Of a stretch of DNA of 64,000 nt, positions 12,006 to 23,120 are shown in pieces (positions within the stretch are counted from its first letter, which is position 1; every line of letters begins with the position of its first letter). Source of the stretch: Paramoeba atlantica (taxonomy: Eukaryota > Protista > Discosea). The stretch lies in the NCBI GenBank assembly GCA_977017575.1, contig CDRNVI010000037.1:62001-126000 (forward strand), written 5' to 3'. The translations under genes were made by a program, and so were the position numbers. The notes below the pieces were generated by a model. The model was given only the letters and a program-made list of their open reading frames with translations, made no database searches and was not told the origin of the DNA.

Positions 12006-12713
12006 ATGTTTCTGTACCTTGTATTTGTTTTCTTAAACTGTATCAACAACATGTCCGTTAATCTCACTTCCCCGCGGAATGTTGACAATGCGTTGCCGGA
12101 CCTCCCTCGAGCTTCCGCTGCGTACAGACGCAAACACTGCATTTCGTCCACAGCAGATCTCGACCCGTTAAGATACGACTTCTCACTGATCTGCGCTGGA
12201 CATATTTCCCCGACATTAAGGCTGTCAGCCAATGGTCCATAGTTAGAGAAAGAATCCCATCCGGGCAAGGTGCGGAAATAGCGATTACAAAACTATTAAA
12301 TAAGCATCAGCACACGCCCTGGTAGCTGAACACGCCAGGTCACGAGGAAAGAACACCCCCACACCACCTCCCTGCACCCAAACTGGGTTTCGATGCATGC
12401 AGATCCGACCCTGAACCTAGGAAAGACGTATTCCACCCCAAGCACGCTCAATAAAGCAGCCGTGAAGGCCTTATAGGGTAGAGAAATATGTGGATTGAAA
12501 CACATAACAATAGAGCTCATAAGACAGAAGGAAAGATCACCAAGCGCTGAACCAACGGGATACGAAAAACCAAGCAGGACAGAAGAATCTCCGCACAAAA
12601 TCGCTGCTCCACGAACGTCCCTGAAAGGTAAACCTGATGAATACAAAGGACCATGCAAACACCGCTGCTTGAGAAAACTCTCCTGTGTGCACAAGTGCTG
12701 CAAAATACGTATA

Positions 12714-13465
12714 CAGGGGTGAAAACTGCCATCTGGGGGGGTCTAAAATTAGCAAAAACTTTTCAATTTCGGAAAATAATACCGCATTCGAGAGCTCTCG
12801 CAGAGTTGTATGTCTTTGCACTGGTAGCTGCTGACATATCAAATTAGAACTCCAAATACCGAATAGGCCAAAAAAGCAAATTGTCACTTAAAGAATAATA
12901 AAAAATCTCAGATATTTTTAGGAGGCATTATTTTAAAACCCGTGTTGCATCCACAACATGCACCCTTCTTTTCTACGATGATTCTACAACGTATTCCGAA
13001 GTTTTTAAACTTATTATCAAACTTATCTTTGTCTTTTGCCTGAAGTTTATCGTAAAAAACATGAATCGTTCCACCCAGAGTTTCACAGTTCCCTAGTGGA
13101 CCCAAACACTTTGGTAAGTCCGGGAATAAGACTGTATTTTCTCGAAGTCGGCCACAAGAAGTAATCTTTGGTGTTCTTTAATCTTTCCTGGCAAAGTATA
13201 AGAACGGGCGTTCGAAACACCATGAGAATTCCTTGAGCGAACTCGCTTTTGGGGCGTAAAATGGGGCAAAAATGAAAAATTGCCATATTTTCACAAGAAA
13301 AAAAACATGTTTTTTTCTCATCGGGTTAAATCTTTCAAGCCGAGCGTTCCGAATACGCCAAAGACATACAACTCTGCGAGATCTCTCCAATGCGCTATTA
13401 TTTTCCAAAATTGGACAATTTTTACAAAATTTAGACCCCCCCCCAGATGGAAGTTTTCACCCCTG
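12714..13465. mobile_element. Tc1/mariner-type MITE with TA target duplication
   Basis: TA|caggggtgaaaactgccatctgggggggtctaaaatt ... aatttagaccccccccccagatggaagttttcacccctg|TA. A related right end lies at about 44010-44048. Confidence 0.9.
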
Positions 13466-13577
13466 TACTTGTATGTACCGTTGCCAAGTGTGGACGCTCA
13501 GGACAACTTATCAACGAGAGCACCACCACCTGATGTCCAAGCAGGAACCGCAAACCCCACCATCCTCGGGTCATGTG

Positions 13578-13720
13578 AGAAGGAAGAGGAAGAAAGAGGA
13601 AGAAATCAATCTTGATCTTTCAAGATTAGATTCACAAGAAGAATCAGAGATCCTCTTTCTTCCTCTTTCTTCCTCTTTCAAGACTAGATTCTTTCAGAAT
13701 CTTGATCTCCTCATCATGTG
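13578..13720. mobile_element. Small purine/pyrimidine foldback insertion with 7-bp duplication TCATGTG
   Basis: tcatgtg at 13571-13577 and 13714-13720. Removal fuses ..PPSSGHV to PPSGATPRN.. in one frame. Confidence 0.7.
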
Positions 13721-16306
13721 CCACCCTCTGGCGCGACTCCTAGAAATGCAACACTTCACTCACTGAACACCGCACGAGTAGAACCATGCCGTCACCGATG
13801 CTCCGCCAAGTTATGCTGTCTGCACAACTGTTGCAAAATATATGGACCACTCAGGTGCAATGAACCCCTCGTCCGACCTTCTCCTCTCCCCCCTGTTTCG
13901 CACACTACGGAAGGTCGAGTTCCATCGTGGGATGAAACAAACGAAAAGGAACGCCTTCGTCTGCTTGAACAACACAAATCCATAGCAGGAGGGAAAATGT
14001 GTCTAAAGCTTAACGACGACCAATGGAAAGCCGTCGAAAATAAGGCATACGATGCATGCCGAAGAATACTACATCCCATAGTAGACACCCCGGAAATCGC
14101 CGTCAAAAACGCAGAACTCTTGGGGGTCCTCTATGGCGGTGGCGGTCTATGAAATTGCACATGAAATAAATCCCACCAAAGGTTTCCTCACACGATCGAA
14201 TCGCGGACACGCCCGATTTAAGCACCGACCTCTTTCCTCTGAAAATGCAGCTCATCAAATGGCAAAACACATACGCAGCCAAAAGAAATCACTACGCTAC
14301 ACGCACGGAACGGACCGCCAAGAGCTCCGTCGCTGCATTAAGGAAAGCGAGAAACTAGAGAAAGTATACTCAGAAGAGGCCAAAGCTCATAAAACACAGC
14401 TAGAGAGGCATTGGGCCCATAGTCATAGTCTAACTAGTATTTTAGTACGTACTAAAATACTAGTAATCGACTAGTACGTACTATGAGATACTACTTTTTT
14501 GGAATGGAAGGATTTTTTTTCTCAGGTATTGCGGCACTCCTATAAAAAATCGTTACTTTTGATCGAAACAGACGAGACAACCTATTTTGCATGGGCATAG
14601 TACAGTATAGAGAACTTTTGCGAGTATTTTCACGGTCGACGTGGAGCTCTGCTTTTAGAGAGGGATGGGGATAACTTAAAGAGGAATGATAACTGCTGCT
14701 CGAGAATTGCTGATGGGGGATTATAACTGCTGATGATGAGGAACCATCGCAAGGTTGCGGGTGTTAAGAATAAGAAGCTGAGATACACAAGGGGTCATAA
14801 GAGGCACCATGAAAATAGTATTTCATAGAGGCGAAAAGAAAATTTTTGTAATACGAATAATAAAACTATGTGAAAAGTTTTACAAAAAAAATAGAAAGGG
14901 GGAATGACGTGTGAATCGTGCCAGTACCTCATTGGTATGCGCGTATATATTACTTCCTCGTATATTCTACGTATATTGCTTTGATATACGTTGATGTATA
15001 TGACGAACAAACGAATCAGGAAAACCATTGTTACCCGGATGGTGGTAAGATACGCCACCTAAAAGAAAAAATCGCCCAGCGGAGTAAACTACATTTCGGA
15101 GTAAACTACAATTACAAAACTACAATACAAAAAGAAACTACATTTCTACCAAATTGTATCAGGAACATCATTTTTAAGCTCACAATTTGATTAATTAAAA
15201 ATAATTCGAACTGATATTAAAAAACTTAATAAATTTGCTCTGATATTAATTCAATTTGAGCCATACTTCTGCGCCACATTAATTATTTGTTTTATGATTT
15301 GTCACTCTTCTTTCGAGAACTGCTCGCCCGGTAAGGTAAAGATCCTTCGTTTCCACGTAAAAACATTTGGGCCGCCACCACGTCTGTCCGGATACGAGCT
15401 TGACGGGAAGTGTACTTCCAGGAAAGCACAGAAAGAACTGAGTCGCACGCCGTTACGAGAGGGGGAGCCATAAATAATGCTGTGCCGCTTCATGAATCGT
15501 GGAGAAACGCTTGGACCCAACTTCGTGCCACCACTGAACATCGCTCATACCACAAGTCCACTCGTAATCTTGGCAAGTCGTATATGCGTCCCACTCCTCT
15601 CGAGTAAAATCAAAAATGTAGGTGTTCCCGTTCCTAGTAAGTCGTTGGCCCGCTGAATTGATAATGGCTCTTTGCCACGAGGTCGGGCGGATAAAACTAT
15701 CCACTCCGGAGAAAACCACATAATACCGGCCCAAATTTTTACATCGTATTCAGAAGCCACTCGTTTGACATGTTTGTTCACGGATTCCACTACTTTCGGC
15801 TCCGAAGAGTCTACTAGCTGACGCAAGGTTGGGTACACTAGGGCAGCCATAGGCTGATCATGCATGTCGGAAAAATTTTCCTGTGCGATGCGTAATGGCA
15901 TGCACTCGTTTAGGAAATCTTTTGCTGCCTTCATTAGATCATTCAAAGGATGTTTGGCAAATATTTCAGCGAGGTCGTGAACAGATTGGGGAGCTCGGAG
16001 ACCTTCTAGTTCACTCTTAATAAAGGATGCGACAGTGGGCATCTGCTCTGATAGGAACTTTATACTCTCAAACTTGTCGGAGATCCAGCGTGTGACCCCA
16101 CCGTGTTTGGGAGACGTCACAGCCCGTACTTTGTGGAAGTGAGCAATAGATTGTTTGAGCAATGTTTTCCCGGTCCGTGCTTCCTATAGGACGAATGCGT
16201 GAATATATTTCTTCTTCTGCAGAAACAAGGGAGTCGTGGATATTTGCCATGCTAGACTCTATTTCACGTCTTGCGACGTTGTTTACGGGAGCCCCATCCG
16301 CCATTA

Positions 16307-17243
16307 TAAACCCCCGCTCACGAAAAGTGACCCCCCTCTTTTTTTTCGTACAAATGTCCGTTTGAGCTGTTTTTTGTTGCATTTTGCAGATCTCAACACA
16401 AGGACTTTGCGCGTGCAGAAATGAGACAAAAAGAAACGAATACTCACAATTTAGAGAAGAATTACCATTTTGTCACTTTTTCGCCCTTCAATCTTATACA
16501 CTCCTTAAGTCGAGAATCAAAACTTAATACTGTTTTGTCGATCACTTTTTGAGTTAAAGAAGACCATGCTTTACATACACATCGGATAAGTGAAGGTTTG
16601 TCCGATGGGGTTTGTTCGTCTACCGCCTCTTGGACCATAGACCAGACGTTTTCTATGGGGGAAAGGTCGGGCGAGTTGGGGGGCCAGTTTCTTAGAACAT
16701 CACTCATTCAATTCTCAATATACTCTTTGGAGGCACGGGCAGTATGTGCCGTTGCCCCATCCTGTTGAAATACACTATTAGGGGGGAAATCTACCTGTTT
16801 TAATGTTTCTATGTACGTCTCACTTGTAATAGATGTGTCATTGTAGATGTCTCACTTGTAATAGATGGTCACAGGACTCAAAGTGTATTCCCCGCTAGAT
16901 TTTTTTTCGTTCAGATATTTTTTGATTATCCTTCTAGAGACGTTAAAATCACGGGATAATTGTTTTATCGGAACACCTTCTGCCTGTCTCATCTTCAAAA
17001 GAACCTTACCACTATCCGTAAGCCCCCCTTTTGGGAGCCGATATGGTGATTTGGTAATTTTTGGAAAAAAAAGTTGAAAAACCAATTAAGTTTTTTGACT
17101 AAATTTTAAAATTTTAAAATGAGCTAAAAACAGCGGGAACGTACAGATCTCGAAATTTTGAACGAAAAAGTGATATGATAACCCACCGACGCCCCCCTGT
17201 GCTAAAAATAAGGGGGGGTCACTTATTCGTGAGCGGGGGTTTA
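16307..17243 (-). mobile_element. Internally deleted Tc1/IS630 element with TA duplication, nested in the hAT-like element
   Basis: TIR taaacccccgctcacgaa(a/t)aagtgacccccc at both ends; HTH fragment 16852-17085; FQQDGATAHT..WPPNSPDLSPIENVW. Confidence 0.9.
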
Positions 17244-18200
17244 TATCGAAGTTTGCAAAGACGAGCATCCGATAGGCAAGAGCGAAGAACTTCCATCGAG
17301 GATTGCGCCATTTCAACTCCATTGAATGACTTGTGTTTCGGATGGTAAATCGGAGGGAGAAGGAAGTTCCGGTCCACGACGTACAAGATTGCGATAAGTA
17401 CGTGTTCATTTAAAACTTTGTCAACCCCCCCCGTCTACCGCCAACCCAAAGAATTTCGCTCCGTCAATGCTGCGCCGAATATCATCCCAAATCATATCGG
17501 CAATCCGACGCTCGCTAAGGTGAAACTCGCGAGGAGAAGGAAGAATGCAAGCAACTTCTGAAGGTGAGACATCAGCAGGGAACTCCTCAAACAGGAGTCG
17601 AACACAACCCAGGAACCCCTCGGTAGATAGATTACTTTGTGCGGCAAAACATGGAAGGGCTTCGGAGATATACTCTTCTAAAGACTTTGGGTTCGTTGTC
17701 TCCGCAGAGTCTTCACTCAAGTCTTAAGATTTCGAGCAGCACTCCTTGTAGTGCTTGTAACACACATTTTCTCCCTTGCTGTGGGACAACCAGCCTCAAA
17801 GATTACATCGAATGTGCTGTGTGTGTCCCATCGCATCGTTTCGGATGCCGGGGACGCTTTTGCGTGCCCAATCAAGGCACAACCGTTCCGAACTTAGGTT
17901 ACACCTCTCGTACACCAAATGTCGTTGGCGACGAAGGCTCGCACAGGACTATGATTTTTAGCAGAGGCCCGTCGGCGCGTGTTTTCCGGAACGGGTGTGG
18001 AAACGTGTTCCGCTGTGTTATCTCTCATATGAAGGGAAAGTCGTGTTTAATAAAATGCAATATTCTAAGTAGACAAGAATGATATGATTTGTATACCACT
18101 GTAACCCAAAGATTAAATTAAATCAGCGTATTATACAAAGCAAAAAGATTGGGGCAACTACGGCGAAACTTATTTTCCAAGAATATGCACTCACCAAAGT

Positions 18201-19029
18201 TGTGGATTTTCAATGTCAGTGCAACAATTTGTCATACTCAGTGCAACAAATTAATAATAATTGTCATACTCAGCGCAACAAAAGGTTAATTTCTACATAA
18301 TACACTTCATATACTAATTTCTACATAATTCAGTTCATTCATGCCAAAGTACAGAAGATTATCTGAAAACAATCGCAAAGATATTCAAACGATGTTTGAA
18401 AGTGGCGCCACGAAGAGGGAAATTGCCCGATCGATTGATAAGTCCCCAAGTACGGTATGTCGTGAGCTGGCACGCAACAGGAAAAGAGGTGGGCAATGGG
18501 AAAAGGGGGCCGTTGAAAACATGAATGGTCTGGTCCGTCAGTATCACACCAAGTCAGATACTTTTGAGGAGTTGACACAGCGCGAAGTTAGTAAGACGGC
18601 CAACAAACTGAACAAACGGCCACGAAAGTGCTTGAAATGATTCTCCCCAAAGAGCTTGGAAGGCCAAATTTTACTATAAAGAGACGGTACTATACATGAA
18701 AGCAGTAAGTTGTATAGCCGTAAGTTGTAAAGCAGTAAAGGTAAAAAGTTTATCTCTTTACTAAAGAAACGCGTTATGTTGTTCCGTCAATATCGATTAT
18801 CCAGGTACTCCTTTTTTCTTCTCCTTACATAATTTTTTTTCTTAATCCATTGTTTCTTTCTTAACATGGCTCATACAATCCCGCGTCCGTTTGTGGTGCT
18901 GTCCGACCGAAAAAACAGTCTTGCACTGAGTATGCGAAAATCCTGACATCCGGAACACACCCATATTTTTCTCATTTTTGTTGCACTGAGTATGACAAAA
19001 AGGTGTTGCACTGAGTATGACAATCCACA
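18201..19029 (+). mobile_element. IS30-family insertion sequence, internally deleted
   Basis: 26-bp imperfect IRs tgtggatt....tcagtgcaaca; AGT 3-bp duplication. ORF 18341-18640 fuses the IS30 HTH (REIARSIDKSPSTVCRELARN) to the IS30 C-terminus (WEKGAVENMNGLVRQY..LNKRPRKCL). Confidence 0.85.
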
Positions 19030-21620
19030 AGTAGTATCTCATAGTACGTACTATAGTACGTACTGAAATACTAGACAGACTACGCATAGTAGATTCACAA
19101 GGAATCCGTGGACAGCAGCATCCGAGTCGTTGGACCGTACATCTACTTCCGTCATCTCCGAGTATCCTGAATGCGATTTACCTACAGTAGAAGAATATTT
19201 TACAGCAGTCACAGCACCTCATGCCGAAGAGCACCGCCTGCCTCCGAATGACGTACTTGGTCCCATACCCATCAACGAAATGACATGGTCTCCACAAACC
19301 GCGCAAGAGGTTGCAGACGCACTAAGCAGCAAAAGAAACGCAAGTTCGCCAGAACGTGACACGATTACAAACGCGCTGCTAAAACGATGTAAATATCTAT
19401 ACCCACGTATAGCGGTCACTTTTAATGATCTTCTGCGCCACGGTATCTGCCCGCCATGTTGGTCCTCCGCCATAGTTAAACTCATTCACAAAGGAGGCGA
19501 CAAGCACACCCCGAAAAATTGGAGACCTATCTCCCGGCAAATTATTCAATAGCATAATCGGACACCAAATTCTGGCACATGCCGTGTCCTCTGGATTCCT
19601 AGATACCACCGTGCAAAAAGGCTTTCTTCCGAAGATGAGTAGTACACTGGAACACACGCAAGTTCTATCCGAAATACTGCAATACTACCGCCAAGACAAA
19701 AGGCAATACTGTCTTACGCAGTTTGATCTCAGCAATGCATTCGGTTCGGTCCCCCACAACATCATCTTCGAGGCACTACGATGGGCAAAAATTTCACCAC
19801 AAATTGTATCCTATGTTGAAAGCATGTACTCACACGCAGAAATGCGTATAAAGTGTGCCGAAGGATTGTCACGCGCAATACCGATACATAGAGGCGTACT
19901 ACAAGGAGATACCCTCTCCCCCATAAGTTTTAACCTAGTGATGGAAACTGTATTACGATACCTCAAGCAATCGTGCCCTCGGTATGGCCTTGACTATCCA
20001 GACACTCCAAGACATTTCCTGAAAGCCTATGTTGACGATCTGACGATACTGACTAGCAGCGACAGCGATATGCAGAGCGCGACGAATACACTTGAAACTG
20101 CACTGAAACGAATAGGACTCTCAATAAACGTAGACAAGAGCCGTACACAATGCATGTCCATGCGCGAAGGTAGCGAGCACCCAGGGTACATGACCAGGAA
20201 ACCGAGAATCATCATCGAAGGCAGAGCTATACCACATATATGTGACCGCGGAAGTACTTTTTTGGGAATGACCATAGCGCCAGGAGGACAACAAGCGAAG
20301 GAACATGGATGTCAGACTAAAAACATGGCTTTGGAATGTCGACGAAAGTCCACATAGCCTCCCCGAAAAACTTTGGATCTAGAATCATATCTCGTCTGCG
20401 CTATATTCTTACTGTTCATCCATGTGTCACATTCAACTTTGTGTTGCGACTGCAGAAACGAGTTACGCGTCACCTTAAGAAATGGATCAACGCAGCATCC
20501 AAAACCTGCACTGAAATTCTATATACTGAACGAGGGTGGAACCTTAAAAGTTTATCCAAGCTGTGGTCCGAATGCTCTATCCTAGCCCTAACACAGATGC
20601 ACAAGTCACGGGACCCATCAATAAAGGCTGCACTACCCCGAATCAAACAAGAAGAAGAAAAGCGATCATCTGGTCATATTCGCCCAAGCGCTGAAGCCCT
20701 TCAACACCTTTATAATGCGCGAAAAGCGCAACAGTTAGCACGTGAACATCACGACTCATATGTCATTAGTCACCTGCAGAGAAGGGCACCAACAGCTGCA
20801 AAATGGTGGAACCTCCCCTCGGAAGCCGATCTGGCTAAAGAGTTCTCCGCAGCCCTAAACGATCTCAATAGTGAAAAACTCTCTCGCTTCGCGGCATCAG
20901 TTCTAACACTAACACCACTGCCATCTAGAACGAATCTTCGGCTCTGGGGCCTACGACGTGCCAATGTATTGTGCCCTATATGCCAGACCGAGCCTCAAAC
21001 CACAAGGCACGTGCTCTCGGGGTGCAAGGAGTCTCTCCGACAAGGAAGATACACCATCCGTCACGACATGCTGCTTGAAGAGCTGGGGAAACATCTACTG
21101 CGGTCGCCGCATACCAAAACAATACACCTTGATATCCCGGGTTTTAGGAATGCCCCGGCCTGGCTCGGCACCCGTGACGACCTACTACGCCCCGATGGGT
21201 TGATTACACTGAAGGATGGAAGTGAGTTCATTATTGAACTCACTGTGCCCTGGGAAGAGAACCAGTCTCAGGCGCACGAGGGCAAATCCCGAAAATATAA
21301 TGCCCTATTTCATGAACGACGCACACTCAACCCTAGGACAAACCTTCTTGTTTTCGAAGTGGGAGCCCGCGGCTCGCTACTTACCTCCTGCCGGACCCTT
21401 AATCTCCTCTTTGACGAGGACACAAAGCTTGCAGAAAATTGTCGGCGAAGTCTGATGCAGACCGCCCTTCGAGGCAGTTTCATTATCTGGCAGAATCGAG
21501 AATCTGCCATGTGGACAGAAGAGCGTATTTAGCGTTTGTAAAAGATGAGTCTGGGGAGCGTCATATGCGCCCCCGGACTTATCTACATATTCTCTGCCTT
21601 ATGAAGGCATGATAAAATAT

Positions 21621-21874
21621 AGTCACTCTCAGACGTCAAGCCGTCTCCGTATGGTGAATGCGGAATAAACGGATGAGTCTCCCGTGCCACACAAGGTGGT
21701 GCATGTTCTCGCAACAATGCGAGGTCGTCAGTCCCGGGTAATGAGGTGGGTGGATCCAATGCAAGTACCGACTGTCATCAAAACGATGTCAGTCACTCTC
21801 AGACGTCATGCCGTCTCCGTATGGTGAATGCGGAATAAACGGATGAGTCTCCCGTGCCACACAAGGTGGTGCAT
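21621..21874 (+). repeat. 170-bp array resumes (about 1.5 copies) after the retrotransposon 3' end
   Basis: agtcactctcagacgtcaagccgtctccgtatggtgaatgcgg.. is the same unit as at 10905-12005. Confidence 0.97.
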
Positions 21875-23009
21875 CAAAAGTTTGCACTGTTTTTGATAAG
21901 ATTGACAACTATTGTATACGCCAGGCCTATTGATTCTCGGAAGAATTTCAGCCTTCCAGAGGTGGTGTATATTCCCACCGTATTATCAATAGGAAACCCT
22001 CCTGCTGCCATTTTTTTCCTGGGGGCCATGTCCTTGCTCCAAAAAATTTTCAAACAATTCACATTCCCCTTTCTCTGTGAGAGCACAAGAGATGCGTGTT
22101 CTACGCGTTTTTTAACATTGCCCCCCAAAAATTTCTTGCATCGTGAATGATGTCGAAGAGCATAATCCATTGAACACCAATTTGAATTTTAGAAGACGTT
22201 GTGGCGGCCACTTTACAGGCCAAATGCCCCTGGACAAAAAAAATGCCTATGGACAGATAAAATGCCAATGGACAGATATAATGCCACTAATAAAAAAGGT
22301 CGGCGTCAGTACCATCTGAAAGATAGCAATGCCGGGGAAGACCACGAAGAGGTCCCAACCATGCTCCCCCATAGGGCTGTCGGAAATTTACATTATAATT
22401 AGATAAAATCTTTCATAGGGCTACATTTACATAAATAGGCCCCATTGTGAGCGTAGCCCACTTCTGGAGGCAAAAGGCCCACTTCTGGAGGCCCCGTTTG
22501 CGAGAAAGGCCCAATTGTGAGCGTAGCCCTGGGACAGAATTATATTTTTTGGCCAGCGGGTCCAAAATTGAAAAAAATGGGGGGTCCAGGAGGGGGGTCC
22601 ATGGGTGGAGGGGAAATCTTGATTTTCGAAATCAAGCGCAGGGAAGTGGTAGAGTAGGCCGCGGCGATGACTTTCCACCCCCCCACCTGGGGGTACCCTC
22701 CCCCTGGTACGCGCGGGAGGGGTCCGACAAGGTCAAAAAATCCGAAATATTTGGGATGACCAAAATGGGATTTTGACCCAAAAAAAGTAAAAATATTGAT
22801 TTTCCAAAATTGACTCCTAAACCGTATTTCGCGAGTTTGGGACCTCAGCTACCATTCTACGACGTTTTTGTGGACAGATTTGACTACTGCCCCTACTGGT
22901 GAGGCATCCAAAAGGTCCCAAATTCGGTGTAAAATTTCGCAATTTTTGCCGAAAAATTTAGCTTTTTCCCACCAAAAAATAGAGTATTCATGATCCTTTG
23001 GAGATTTTT

Positions 23010-23120
23010 CTTTTTTAGGCTCTTCGTTAAACGCGGAGGTAGTTTTCAACGCGAAGCGCGCAGCATGAGTGACTTCTAAGTTGAAAACGACCACCCCGTT
23101 TAACGAAGAGCCTAAAAAAG
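23010..23120. repeat. 111-bp palindromic element, copy 1
   Basis: About 41-bp inverted arms cttttttaggctcttcgttaaacg.. / ..cgtttaacgaagagcctaaaaaag. An inverted copy lies at 28590-28700 and a partial copy from about 63935. Confidence 0.85.

Larger units (their letters stand above)
14424..19084 (-). mobile_element. hAT-like DNA transposon remnant with TIRs and CATAGT duplication
   Basis: Inverted ends (tagtacgtactatgagatactac / gtagtatctcatagtacgtacta); catagt at 14418-23 and 19085-90. Removal restores ..HWAHS-RFTRNPW.. of the retroelement. Minus-strand pieces FFGLAVDG, MADGAPVN and GVTRW, plus a decayed BED-like finger. Confidence 0.7.
12006..21620 (+). mobile_element. Non-LTR retrotransposon of the R2/RLE group (HERO/Utopia/NeSL-like), degenerate and interrupted by nested elements, inserted in the 170-bp array
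   Basis: RT motifs QKGF, FDLSNAFGSVPH, GVLQGDTLSP, YVDD (19584-20357); zinc knuckle CPICQ..TRHVLSGC, RHD, RPD and IIELTVPWE (20336-21532). The array flanks both ends in register. Confidence 0.85.
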
